The translations under genes and the position numbers were made by a program. Positions 53,938-64,000 of a stretch of DNA of 64,000 bases are shown in pieces. The stretch comes from Eledone cirrhosa (taxonomy: Eukaryota). The stretch covers positions 20,274,001-20,338,000 of the forward strand of contig OZ024757.1 of the NCBI GenBank assembly GCA_964016885.1. The letters run 5' to 3'. Every line of letters starts with the position of its first letter. Positions within the stretch are counted from its first letter, which is position 1. The notes below the pieces were generated by a model. That model was not told the DNA's origin, searched no databases, and was given only the letters and a program-made list of their open reading frames with translations.

Positions 53938-54489
53938 CCATTTTACGTCCGTTCTTTCACGCTAGCATGAGTTAGACGGGTTGTCCTGTTGTGGGCAGTG
54001 TCCGGTCGGTTGACCTTGTCTTGCTCATACAGGAACTGGCTTGATTTCTACAGCTGTATGCCCTTCCTAACACCAACCTCATTTACAGTGAGTGCTGGGT
54101 GCTTTTTTTTTTTTCCGTGGCATCTACATGTCCACTTTACAGTGTGGGCTGGATGCTTTTTTGCCGTGGCACCTCCACGACCACTTTGCAGTGGAATGAT
54201 AGGGACCCTAGTCCTATCATCTCATTTCTATAGCTGAGTAAACTGGAGCAATGTGAAATAAAGTGTCTTGCTCAAGGAAACAACACATCACCTGGTCCGA
54301 GAATTGAACTCACAACCTTTCGATTGCAAGTCCAATGCTCTAACCACTAAGCCATGTGCCTTCACATAGCCTATCTAGAAGAAAATACATGAGGTTGGGT
54401 GCTTAAACCAAATTGCGTCATTATTTACTGATTTGTGCATTGCATATGCAACCCTGATTAGTAAACATGTTTACAATAAATGTGTATAT

Positions 54490-56590
54490 GTTACTTGATG
54501 CTTTTGACAGTAAGGAAGAGCAATTAGAGACATACAATATAGAGGAACAGTGGGAATTCCTGAAAGATAACCTGCTGAAGGCGACGGATGAAATCTGTGG
54601 CTGGAGCAGACCTTTTGGCAGGAGGAGAGTAACCTGGTGGTGGAATAGTAAAGTGGAGGAGACAAACATGACCAAAAAGCAGTCGTGGAAAGAATGGAAG
54701 GATGGGAGTAGTAGAGAACACTATCAGGAGGTTAGGAGAAAAGCTAGGCGACAAGTGTACTTTGCAAGGAGGGAAGCATATTCTACAACGCGAGGACCAA
54801 AAATGTGAGGTATTCAGGATTTCAAGACAATGTGTCAAGGAAAATTGTGTCCGTAACGATGATGGTATACTTGCCCTCAGTGATACTGATAAGAAGGTAG
54901 CTTGGAAGTGTCACTTTGAGAGACTACTAAATGAGGAGACTGAATGGGATAAAGATAGTCTGCTCCAAATCGATCCAACAAAGGGACGAGCTGTGCAAGT
55001 TAATGGTAGTATAACAAGTAAGGCTATCAAAGATATGAAGACAGGCAAGGCAGCTGGGCCTTCAGAGATAGTTGCTGAAATGTTGAAAGCATCTGGAAAT
55101 GTGGGACATACTATGGTCACCTGGATAGTAAACCAAGTAATACAGAATGGGGTCATATTAAATGACTGGTGTAACAGCATCATCGTTAACTGCTACAAGG
55201 GCAAAGGAGACGCCCTAGATAGGGGAAACTATAGAGGCATTAAATTAGTTGACCAGGTCATGAATATCACAGAAAGAGTTATTGCACAACTGGTTAGAGA
55301 CCAAATTGATCTAGATGAAATGCAGTTTGGGTTTGTGCCAGACTACAGGAGAAGTACCTAGCTAAAAGTAAACCCCTCTACTTAACTTTTGTTGACTTGG
55401 AGAAAGACTTTGACAGAGTGCCCTGCTCCATTATCTGGTGGGCTCTTATAAAACTAGGAGTAGATGAGTGGCTTGTGAGAGCTATACAAGCCATGTATAG
55501 AGGAACAGTCAACAAGGTTAGAATTAACAATGAATAGAGTGAAGAATTTAGCGTAAAAGTAGGTGTTCACCAAGGCTCCATCCTTAGCCCGCTCCTGTTT
55601 ATTATTGCCCTACAGGCTATAACAGAAGAGTTTAAGAGTGGCCATGGGAACTTCTATATGCAGATGATCTAATTCTCATAGCTGAATTGATGGCTGAACT
55701 AGAAAAGAAATTCTATATATGGAGGCATGGCCTAGGATCAAAAGGCCTTAGAGTTAACTTGTCTAAGACTAAAGTCCCAGTATGTAGAAAGGAAAATAAA
55801 GCACAGGTGCCTTCTGGAAAATGGCCATACTCAGTGTGTAGGAAAGGAGTAGGTAAAAATTCCATTCTATGCCCCAAATACAAACTATGGGCACATAAAA
55901 GATGTAGTGGGATCACAGGCAAGCTATCTAAGAATGTAGATTTTATATGTGGCCGATGCTCAGGTGCAGTATGTAGCAAGTGCTCACTGATATTAGTTCC
56001 TTCAACTGACCAGATGGTTCTACAGAAATAGTAGACACTTTCTGTTACCAGGGTGACAAAATCAGCAGTTAGAACGGGGTGGAAAAAGTTCAGAGAGCAA
56101 ATACCGCTGTTGGCCACAAAAGGTTTCTCTCTAAAAATGAAAGGCAGATTGTATGATACTTGTATACGAACAGCAATGCTACATGACAGTGAGACCTGGG
56201 CATTGTGTGCAGAGGATCTGCGCAGATTGGAAAGGAACGAAGCATGCATGCTCCGATGGATGTGTAATAGTAATATACACGAACGACAAAACGTAAATGA
56301 ACTAAGAGAGAAATTAGGAATAAGAGGGATCAGATGCAGTTTACTTGAGAGGAGATTACGTTGGTATGGTCATGTAATGTGCATGAAGGACAACAGCTGT
56401 ATAAAAAAGTGCAGGGCAATCAAAATTGATGGAAGCTATGGAGTAGGTAGACCCAGAAAAACCTGGGACATCGTGATAAAAACTGACCTTGCTCACTTAC
56501 ACTTTCTAAGACAATGTCACTGGATCAAGATCTTTTGCCCTATGCAGTAATACAGAAGACCCGCCTTCCCTTATGTACAAACTTAAACCT
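54490..56590 (+). mobile_element. Degenerate RTE-clade LINE (RT domain to C terminus)
   Basis: KGKGDALDRGNYRGIKL, QFGFVP, FVDLEKxFDRV, VGVHQGSxLSPLLF, LLYADD, Cys-rich insert, RLRWYGHV; stops and frameshifts. Confidence 0.92.
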
Positions 56591-56599
56591 ACAGAGGAT

Positions 56600-57120
56600 G
56601 ATGTGATTGAGAGGAAGAGCAAAGCCTGGGCAGCATGCCACAGTTTGAGATCGGTATGGAAGTCGACCTTCGTAAAGACCTGAAGTTCTGTCTCTTCATT
56701 GCTACAGTGGAGTTTGTGCTACTGTACTGGTCTGAGACTTGGACACTGACCAAGAAACTCACTCAGATGGTGGATGGGTGCTACACAAGAATGCTGAGGA
56801 TGGCTCTGAACATTAATCAGTATACACTGAAGATGAAGAACTCAAAGCTGTACGGGAACCTCGAAAGTAACATAGAGGAAACTGAAGTTAGATGGACATG
56901 CTCACCGACATTCAGAGTTGACACTGCACTCAGTGTTCCTGTGGGAGCCCCTGCATGGACACACTAGAAGAGGGAGACCAAGGTTGACATATGTTGACGC
57001 CCTAAGGACAGATACAGGTCTCTTGGAGACGCAGGACATGGCAGCAATGATGAGGGACAGAGACCGTTGGAGAGAACTCGTCCATGGATCTCGAGAATTT
57101 TACCCACCCTAGATAGATAA
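56600..57120 (+). mobile_element. Second LINE 3' fragment abutting the RTE element
   Basis: LFIATVExVLLYxSETWTLT...DGCYTRMLRMALNI. Confidence 0.8.
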
Positions 57121-57712
57121 ATAGATATACATATATATATATATAAATACCTGAAAAACAGTTTTTGAGCCAGTTGAGAAATTGAACAATATAAAGTGTT
57201 CAATTTTAAATCCGTAGAGAGTTTTGAAATGTTCATGTATATATATCTATATGTTCAGGTATATAATTATCTCTTTATATATATTATCCATTATGCTGTG
57301 CTGGCATGGGTTGGATACTATGGACATGTGGTTTAAATATTTAAGGAAAGAATTGCTTGACATAGGTAGACTCTGAAGGAGTGATGTTTACAGCCGTGAA
57401 ATCTTGTATGCATTAATTTTAACTCTTCTTATTAATAACCATATTGATTCTTTCCAGGGACTATTTGGTCGTTCCAAGAGAGTATCCTGGTCAGCCTATG
57501 AACCTTTCAGCCAACCCTCATAATTTATCATCATACCGAGGAGAAGGAGGAGGAAAGGGAATGGGCATAGGTTTGATGGGCTGTTGTTGAGTACTTGTGT
57601 TGATATAATCAACTTTTCCCTCACCCAAAATTGTTCTAAACTATGCCTAAAATGCTTTTTTTTTTTTTTTTAAAGTTAGTTTACTAGCCGGAAAGAGAAA
57701 ACTGGTGAGATT

Positions 57713-58420
57713 TTTATATAGTCTAGACTTATATAGTCCAAACTTATATAGTCTAGACTTATATAGTCCAAACTTATATAGTCTAGACTTATATAGTCCA
57801 AACTTATATAGTCTAGACTTATATAGTCCAAACTTATATAGTCCAAACTTATATAGTCTAGACTTATATAGTCCAAACTTATATAGTCTAGACTTATATA
57901 GTCCAAACTTATATAGTCTAGACTTATATAGTCCAAACTTATATAGTCTAGACTTATATAGTCCAAACTTATATAGTCTAGACTTATATAGTCCAAACTT
58001 ATATAGTCTAGACTTATATAGTCCAAACTTATATAGTCCAAACTTATATAGTCTAGACTTATATAGTCCAAACTTATATAGTCTAGACTTATATAGTCTA
58101 GACCTATATAGTCCAAACTTATATAGTCTAGACTTATATAGTCCAAACTTATATAGTCTAGACTTATATAGTCTAGACTTATATAGTCCAAACTTATATA
58201 GTCTAGACTTATATAGTCCAAACTTATATAGTCTAGACTTATATAGTCCAAACTTATATAGTCTAGACTTATATAGTCTAGACTTATATAGTCCAAACTT
58301 ATATAGTCTAGACTTATATAGTCTAGACTTATATAGTCTAGACTTATATAGTCCAAACTTATATAGTCCAAACTTATATAGTCTAGACTTATATAGTCCA
58401 GACTTATATAGTCCAAACTT
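57713..58420. repeat. 15-bp minisatellite (~47 copies, two variants)
   Basis: ttatatagtctagac and ttatatagtccaaac. Confidence 0.97.
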
Positions 58421-58677
58421 TCAAGAAAACAGATTAGTTATAATGCAAATTGAAATTTGAAATAAAAATTAATTAATTAACCAAAATCCAAAAATAAAAA
58501 GAGAAAAAAACCTTTTAAGTAATTAATAAAATAAAAACACACCCCCACCAACAAATAAAGAAAAAAGAAAAATTTCTTTCCCTCAAAACAAACACATCAA
58601 CAAAACAAAAATAAAAGAAAATATAATGTTGAGGGGTCATTTAAAGGGTCAGATGAAAGCTGGGGACATAAACTGAC

Positions 58678-58761
58678 CTTTTGCTCTGCACTAGCAGTTA
58701 ATTGCTGAAGTCTATTTGTCATATTTGACAAACTCTGCTCAAAAGCAGCCACCACATGGGC
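58678..58761 (-). CDS. NAV2: Neuron navigator exon (AHVVAAFEQSLSNMTNRLQQLTASAEQK), coiled coil
   Basis: tatttgcag|GCC...AAG|gtcagt; 84 nt, phase 0-0; matches the NAV motif AHLVAAFEQSLxNMTxRLQxLTxxAEQK. Confidence 0.93.
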
Positions 58762-59348
58762 CTGCAAATATTAAAGAAAGAATATTTATTATTATTATTA
58801 TAAAATAAAGTACCAGTGATACACTGGAATAATTGCTGGCCTTGTGCCAAAAGTAGAAACAATTATTATTATTACTATTACTAGGGTGTTAATGTTGATA
58901 TTATTATTATTATTATTATTATTAAGTACCAGTAATGCACTGGGTAATTGCTGGCCTTGTGCCTAAAGTAGAAACAATTATTATTATTATTACGAGAACT
59001 ATTACTAGATAGTTAGCTGTATAGTATAGATATGGAACATATGTAGGAATATGGAAATATAATTATATATATGAGAAAATAAATAAAATATGTGCTGCAG
59101 CTGCATTTGGCTAAAATGATTAATAACAGCTCACTCACAAGTACTATATATATATATATATATATAGTTTTAATATAGATGAGATTCTACAGGACTAGAA
59201 CTGTTTCATTCATTAGAAATCATCATGATTTCTAATGAATGAAACAGTTCTAGTCCTGTAGAATCTCATCTATATTAAAACTGTTATACTCTGCTATGTA
59301 TTGAGTACCTTACTTACTGTGGTTACCTCCGATTCAACCCGGAATAAC

Positions 59349-59382
<34 letters not shown>

Positions 59383-59411
59383 ATATTTATTTATAAAACT
59401 GATCTATATTG

Positions 59412-59476
59412 TATTTTGTCTGATGAAAGCACACCATAATTTAACGTGGTGTCCTTGAAATATGTATAATAAAATA
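59412..59476 (+). ncRNA. Hammerhead ribozyme fold, paralog of the 49054 copy
   Basis: UAUUUUGU CUGAUGA ...ACACCA/UGGUGU... GAAA UAUGUA UA^AUAAAAUA. Confidence 0.55.
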
Positions 59477-60717
59477 AATATGGTTTTATAAATATAGTTT
59501 CCATTTGTTAATATCGTATGTTTACTCCAAATTCTTGTTGAGTGCTTTATATCAGTTATAAAAATATTTGCTTGTTGTATCCCAACAATTTTAATAGAAC
59601 TTTTGCATATATATATATATATATATATCACAGAAAAAAGAGAATCAGTGTTGCGACGAAAGGAATTTATTGGACATATTACAATTGTTTCTCTGGCAAC
59701 CAGCTCGAGGCACGATCGTCGAACCTGACTCTGAAAATCGCAAGGTCCTCAGAGTCAGGTTTGATCATCACATCGATCGTGCCTCGAGCTGGTCGCCCGA
59801 GAAACATTTGTAATATGTCCAATAAATTCCTTTCGTCGCAACACTGATTCTCTTTTCTCTGTGATATCATACTCTGCTCTATGAGAGCATCGAGTGCTCA
59901 TATGGTCTACCGCATACGGACGCTTTAAGCATCCAACACCAATTATATATATTAATTAAAAAGTGAAACGACAGGAGGCCAAATATGTTGAATTTCTTTA
60001 CTTTTTTATTACTGTAAACACTATACACATTTCAGGGGCCAGGTTGCGTAAGAACCCAATGACCTCATCAGAGACATAGTAGCATGCTGCCAAATACCTC
60101 GCCCACCTCTGAGTCAGGCGAGCAATGTGGTAGCATGATACATCTCACTCTGGGTCAAAAGCGACCAAGCCAATCTTGGTGCGCTTTCATCAGATAAAAT
60201 ACAAAATTTGTTTTATAAATAACAACATACCCATTGAAATCACACCTTAATGGTCGGAAATTCGCTGGATATATATCATCATTTCATTTTACGTCCACTT
60301 TTCCCTGCTTGCAAGGGTGGGACGGGAACTGATTCTGGCTTGATTTCTACAGCTGGATGCCCTTCCTAACACCAACCTCATTTACAGTGAGTGCTGGGTG
60401 CTTTTTTGCCGTGGCACCTCCACGACCACTTTTGCAGTGGATTGATAGGGACCCCAGTCCCTATCATCTCATTTCTACAGCTGAGTAAACTGGAGCAATG
60501 TGAAATAAAGTGTCTTGTTCAAGGAAACAACACATCACATCTGAGAATTGAACTCACAACCTTTTGATTGCAAGGCCAATGCTCTAACCACTAAGCCATG
60601 TGCCTCCATTATCCATGCTATTATCCATACTTAGTGAATCTAGTCCCTTACGATTTGAACACACATATATGTGTATATCTGTGTTTATCTCTCTTTTATA
60701 TTCAATCATAATATATA

Positions 60718-60999
60718 CTAGCAGAATGGCCCAGCGTTGCTCGGGATTTACTCTATGGCTCTTATATATTTGATATATATTTATCCTTATCGAGCCTCGT
60801 GAAATAAATACGTTTGTTTATATTTTGTTATTGATTATGCAAAAATATCTGTACACGAATATATAATTATATATTGATATATTAAAATAACAGATTAAAG
60901 TTTAAGCAAAGAATCGCTGCTTTCACCCTTAACGAGATCTTCTGAAACTAAAAAAAATCAATCTGTGAACGCAGAAGTAAATATTTCGAAAAACGTTAC

Positions 61000-61073
<74 letters not shown>

Positions 61074-61361
61074 GGTAGCAACATAATGTCGTAATGCAGA
61101 CAGCCAGACATACAGACATATTATAAGGGCGCAACGTTGTAGCTATGTATCTATCTAAAAAGAAAGACTAAGAATTATAGAGAGATCGCTAACCGGCGCC
61201 TAATGCGGTCCCTAGGGCATAGAAAATTTGAAATTATTTTTGCTCAAAACACTCATAGGACCATAAGTATTACATGTGTAAAGTTTGAAAACAATCAGTT
61301 GGGTGGTTCTCGAGTTTTAGGGAGTCAGACAGACAAACGTTCTCTGTTTTAGATATATAGA
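60718..61361 (-). mobile_element. Non-autonomous Helitron
   Basis: 5' A|TCTATATATCTAAAA; 3' CCCGAGCAACGCTGGG hairpin plus CTAG|T. Confidence 0.65.
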
Positions 61362-61539
61362 TATATACATATATATATGTAATGTTTGTACATGTATGCA
61401 TCTATATATTTGTAGGTGTGTATGTAAGTGTGCATTTAAGTATATGTATGTGTGTATGTATGTGTGTATGTATGTGTATATATATCATCATCATCATCTT
61501 TGTTTAATGTCCATCTTCCACGCTAGCATGGGTTAGATA

Positions 61540-62240
61540 TATATATGTATATGTATGTATATGTATGTGCATGTATTTGTTTGTATATGTGTGTATGTTT
61601 GTGTATATATGTATGTATGCTTGTGTGTATGTATATGTTTGTGCATGTATTTATGTTTGTATATGTGTGTATATGTGTATGTATGCATGTGTGTATGTAT
61701 ATATGTATGTGTGTATGTATATATGTATGTGCATGTATTTATGTTTGTATGTGTGTATGTTTATGTATATATGTATGTATGCATGCATGTGTGTATGTAT
61801 ATATGTATGTGTGTATGTATATATGTTTGTGCATGTATTTATGTTTGTATATGTGTGTATGGTTGTGTATGTGTATGTATGCATGTGTGTATGTATATAT
61901 GTATGTATGTATATATGTATGTGCATGTATTTATGTTTGTATATGTGTGTATGTTTATGTATATATGTATGTATGCATGTGTGTATGTATATATGTATGT
62001 ATGTATATATGTATGTGCATGTATTTATGTTTGTATATGTGTGTATGTTTATGTATATATGTATGTATGCATGCATGTGTGTATGTATATATGTATGTGT
62101 GTATGTATATATGTATGTGCATGTGTGTATGTTTATGTATATATGTATGTATGCCTGTGTGTATGTATATATGTATGTGTGTATGTATATGTATGCATGT
62201 ATCTGTATGTGTGTGCACATATGTGTGTGTGTGTGTGTAA
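61540..62240. repeat. Compound TA/TG microsatellite
   Basis: Low complexity; similar tracts at 32700-33140, 35160-35630, 48270-48830. Confidence 0.95.
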
Positions 62241-62425
62241 ACATGCTTGCTTCGCTTACATTTGATATGTAACAGATGGGTTTTCCTGTCATATGAAACC
62301 TACACATTCTAAGGATTTCACAGGAGTGCTAAAGATACCATAATGTGTGTGTGTGTGCGTGTGTGTGTGTGTGTGTGTGCGTGTGAGTATGATAGATAGA
62401 GAGTAAGTTTGGAAGAGAGAGTTGA

Positions 62426-62456
<31 letters not shown>

Positions 62457-62924
62457 GGCAGACAGAAAAAAAGTAGGATATGAGCAAGAGAAACAGATAG
62501 ACAAAGAAAAGTAAAAACATGAGGGTGAGAAAAAGAGACAGAGAGGGGGGGGGGTGTAATAGAAATGTAAGAGGAGAGAAAAGAGTGACCAAAACAACAA
62601 AGAATGAAAGAAGAGAGAGAGTGAGTGAGTGAGTGTTATAGATGGAGATATAGATGGAGAGAGTGGAAGAGAATTGAAGCAAAGAACAAGACAGACAGAC
62701 AGACAGACGGACAGACAGATAGATAGTCAGATGGAATTTACAGAAGCAGAGACCTAGATCTTTTACTTGGTTTAAGGTTAACATGACAAAACAGTTTTAT
62801 AACTACCTTGAAGTACTTCAATGTAAAAAAAGAAACTCATTGAATTTGCAGACAGTCAACATCTCTCTTCTCCAACATATCTTGGGAATGTTTCAAAATT
62901 ACCTACTTGGGTCTTATGAGACAA

Positions 62925-63320
62925 AATTAGCCATTAAGATCAGAATTTTAAAAAATCAGCCACTAAGACCAGATGACACAGAATTAGTTACTAAGACCAG
63001 ATAAAATAAATCAGCCACTAAGACCAGATGACACAGAATTAGTTACTAAGACCAGATAAAATAAATCAGCCACTAAGACCAGTTGACACAGAATTAGTTA
63101 CTAAGAACAGATGACACAGAATTAGTTACTAAGACCAGTTAAAATAAATCAGCCACTAAAACCAGATGACACATAGTTAGCCACTAAGACCAAATGACAC
63201 CAAATTAACCAAGACCAGCTGACACAAAATTAGCCATTAAGACCATATGACACAAAATTAGCTATTAAGACCAGATGAAATAAATTAGCTACTCAGGTCT
63301 TATAACACAAAATTAGCTAC
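62925..63320. repeat. Degenerate ~27-bp minisatellite
   Basis: aattagccactaagaccagatgacacag variants. Confidence 0.85.
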
Positions 63321-64000
63321 ATATCTTGGAAATGTTACAAGCTACTACGATACAGAATTAGCTGCTATGGCCATAAAACACAAACCTATTCTGGTCCTAT
63401 GAAACAAAACCAACCATTTTAAAAGGTTCATTTTTTAATTAAAATCTTCCAACATAATTTTATATAAGAACATTATGTTAAATTACTATCTTAGTAATAA
63501 AATGATTAATAGTCTTAGAAAAATGCCTCAAAATCCTTCAATAATTAATTGAAATGGGGTATATTTCATGAGCAATACAACCACGAAAAGATTAATAAGG
63601 AAGTTACTTATATTACTAAATTCCTCCAAATTTTGTATTATTTTCAAAATTAATTAAAACATATTAGCAGTGTCTTTCATGAGGAAATACGGTAATGAAA
63701 TGGTTGAATAAGGCCAAGTTCTGACATTCAAAGAACAGGGGAGAATAGGGAGGGGATTGGACAAAAAGAAAAACCAAAAAATTGCAAGGAAGCCAGGCAC
63801 TGCTGGAATGTTTATAGAAATTATCCTCATTGACTAATTTACTAATGTATGTGAAATAGTGATGAAAACTTGCAGAGTTCAACATAAATGAGCTGTCATT
63901 GGGTCTAGTCATTAGTTTATCATCTCTAACAGTACTATTGGTGAATTGTTTGAACAACTCTTCTCCAGACATTTCACCTATTTCTTGGTCCATTTTATAA

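Noticed and set aside
57676-58460. 246/251-aa ORFs (DYISL)n and (LYSPN/LYSLD)n
   Set aside because: Stop-free 15-bp minisatellite.
61545-62307. Cys/Tyr/Val/Met- and His/Thr-rich long ORFs (also 35027-35699, 32553-33223, 9365-9734)
   Set aside because: Dinucleotide microsatellite translations.
62807-62815. Possible 9-nt microexon YFK (ttgaag|TACTTCAAG|gtagtt) and nearby ATG...CAA|gtaaaa start (MLTLNQ)
   Set aside because: Weak acceptor and donors; expected by chance in AT-rich DNA.

Overview
AT-rich, microsatellite-, SINE- and LINE-rich animal genomic DNA. The repeat families look cephalopod/octopus-like, which is inference only. The whole window is the interior of one minus-strand gene, a neuron navigator (NAV2/UNC-53/Sickie family). 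Nine constitutive coding exons with canonical GT-AG sites and matching intron phases run from 58761 down to 3527, covering the coiled-coil region through the start of the C-terminal region; both ends of the gene lie outside the window. The introns hold an internally deleted DD37D (maT) Tc1/mariner element, piggyBac-type TTAA MITEs with internal minisatellites, RTE and Dong/R4-type LINE relics, Helitron pieces, two tRNA-derived SINE families, a tRNA-Asp pseudogene and many tandem arrays. The most interesting signals are: (1) a set of frame-preserving candidate microexons (21, 15, 27 and 45 nt) with strong splice signals; (2) at least seven minimal type I hammerhead-ribozyme folds, five of them in the sense of the pre-mRNA, probably Penelope-derived; (3) a 64-bp tandem array that has multiplied a real exon end and its 5' splice site eight times; (4) many long intronic fold-backs that could be ADAR substrates. 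All coordinates were read by hand.
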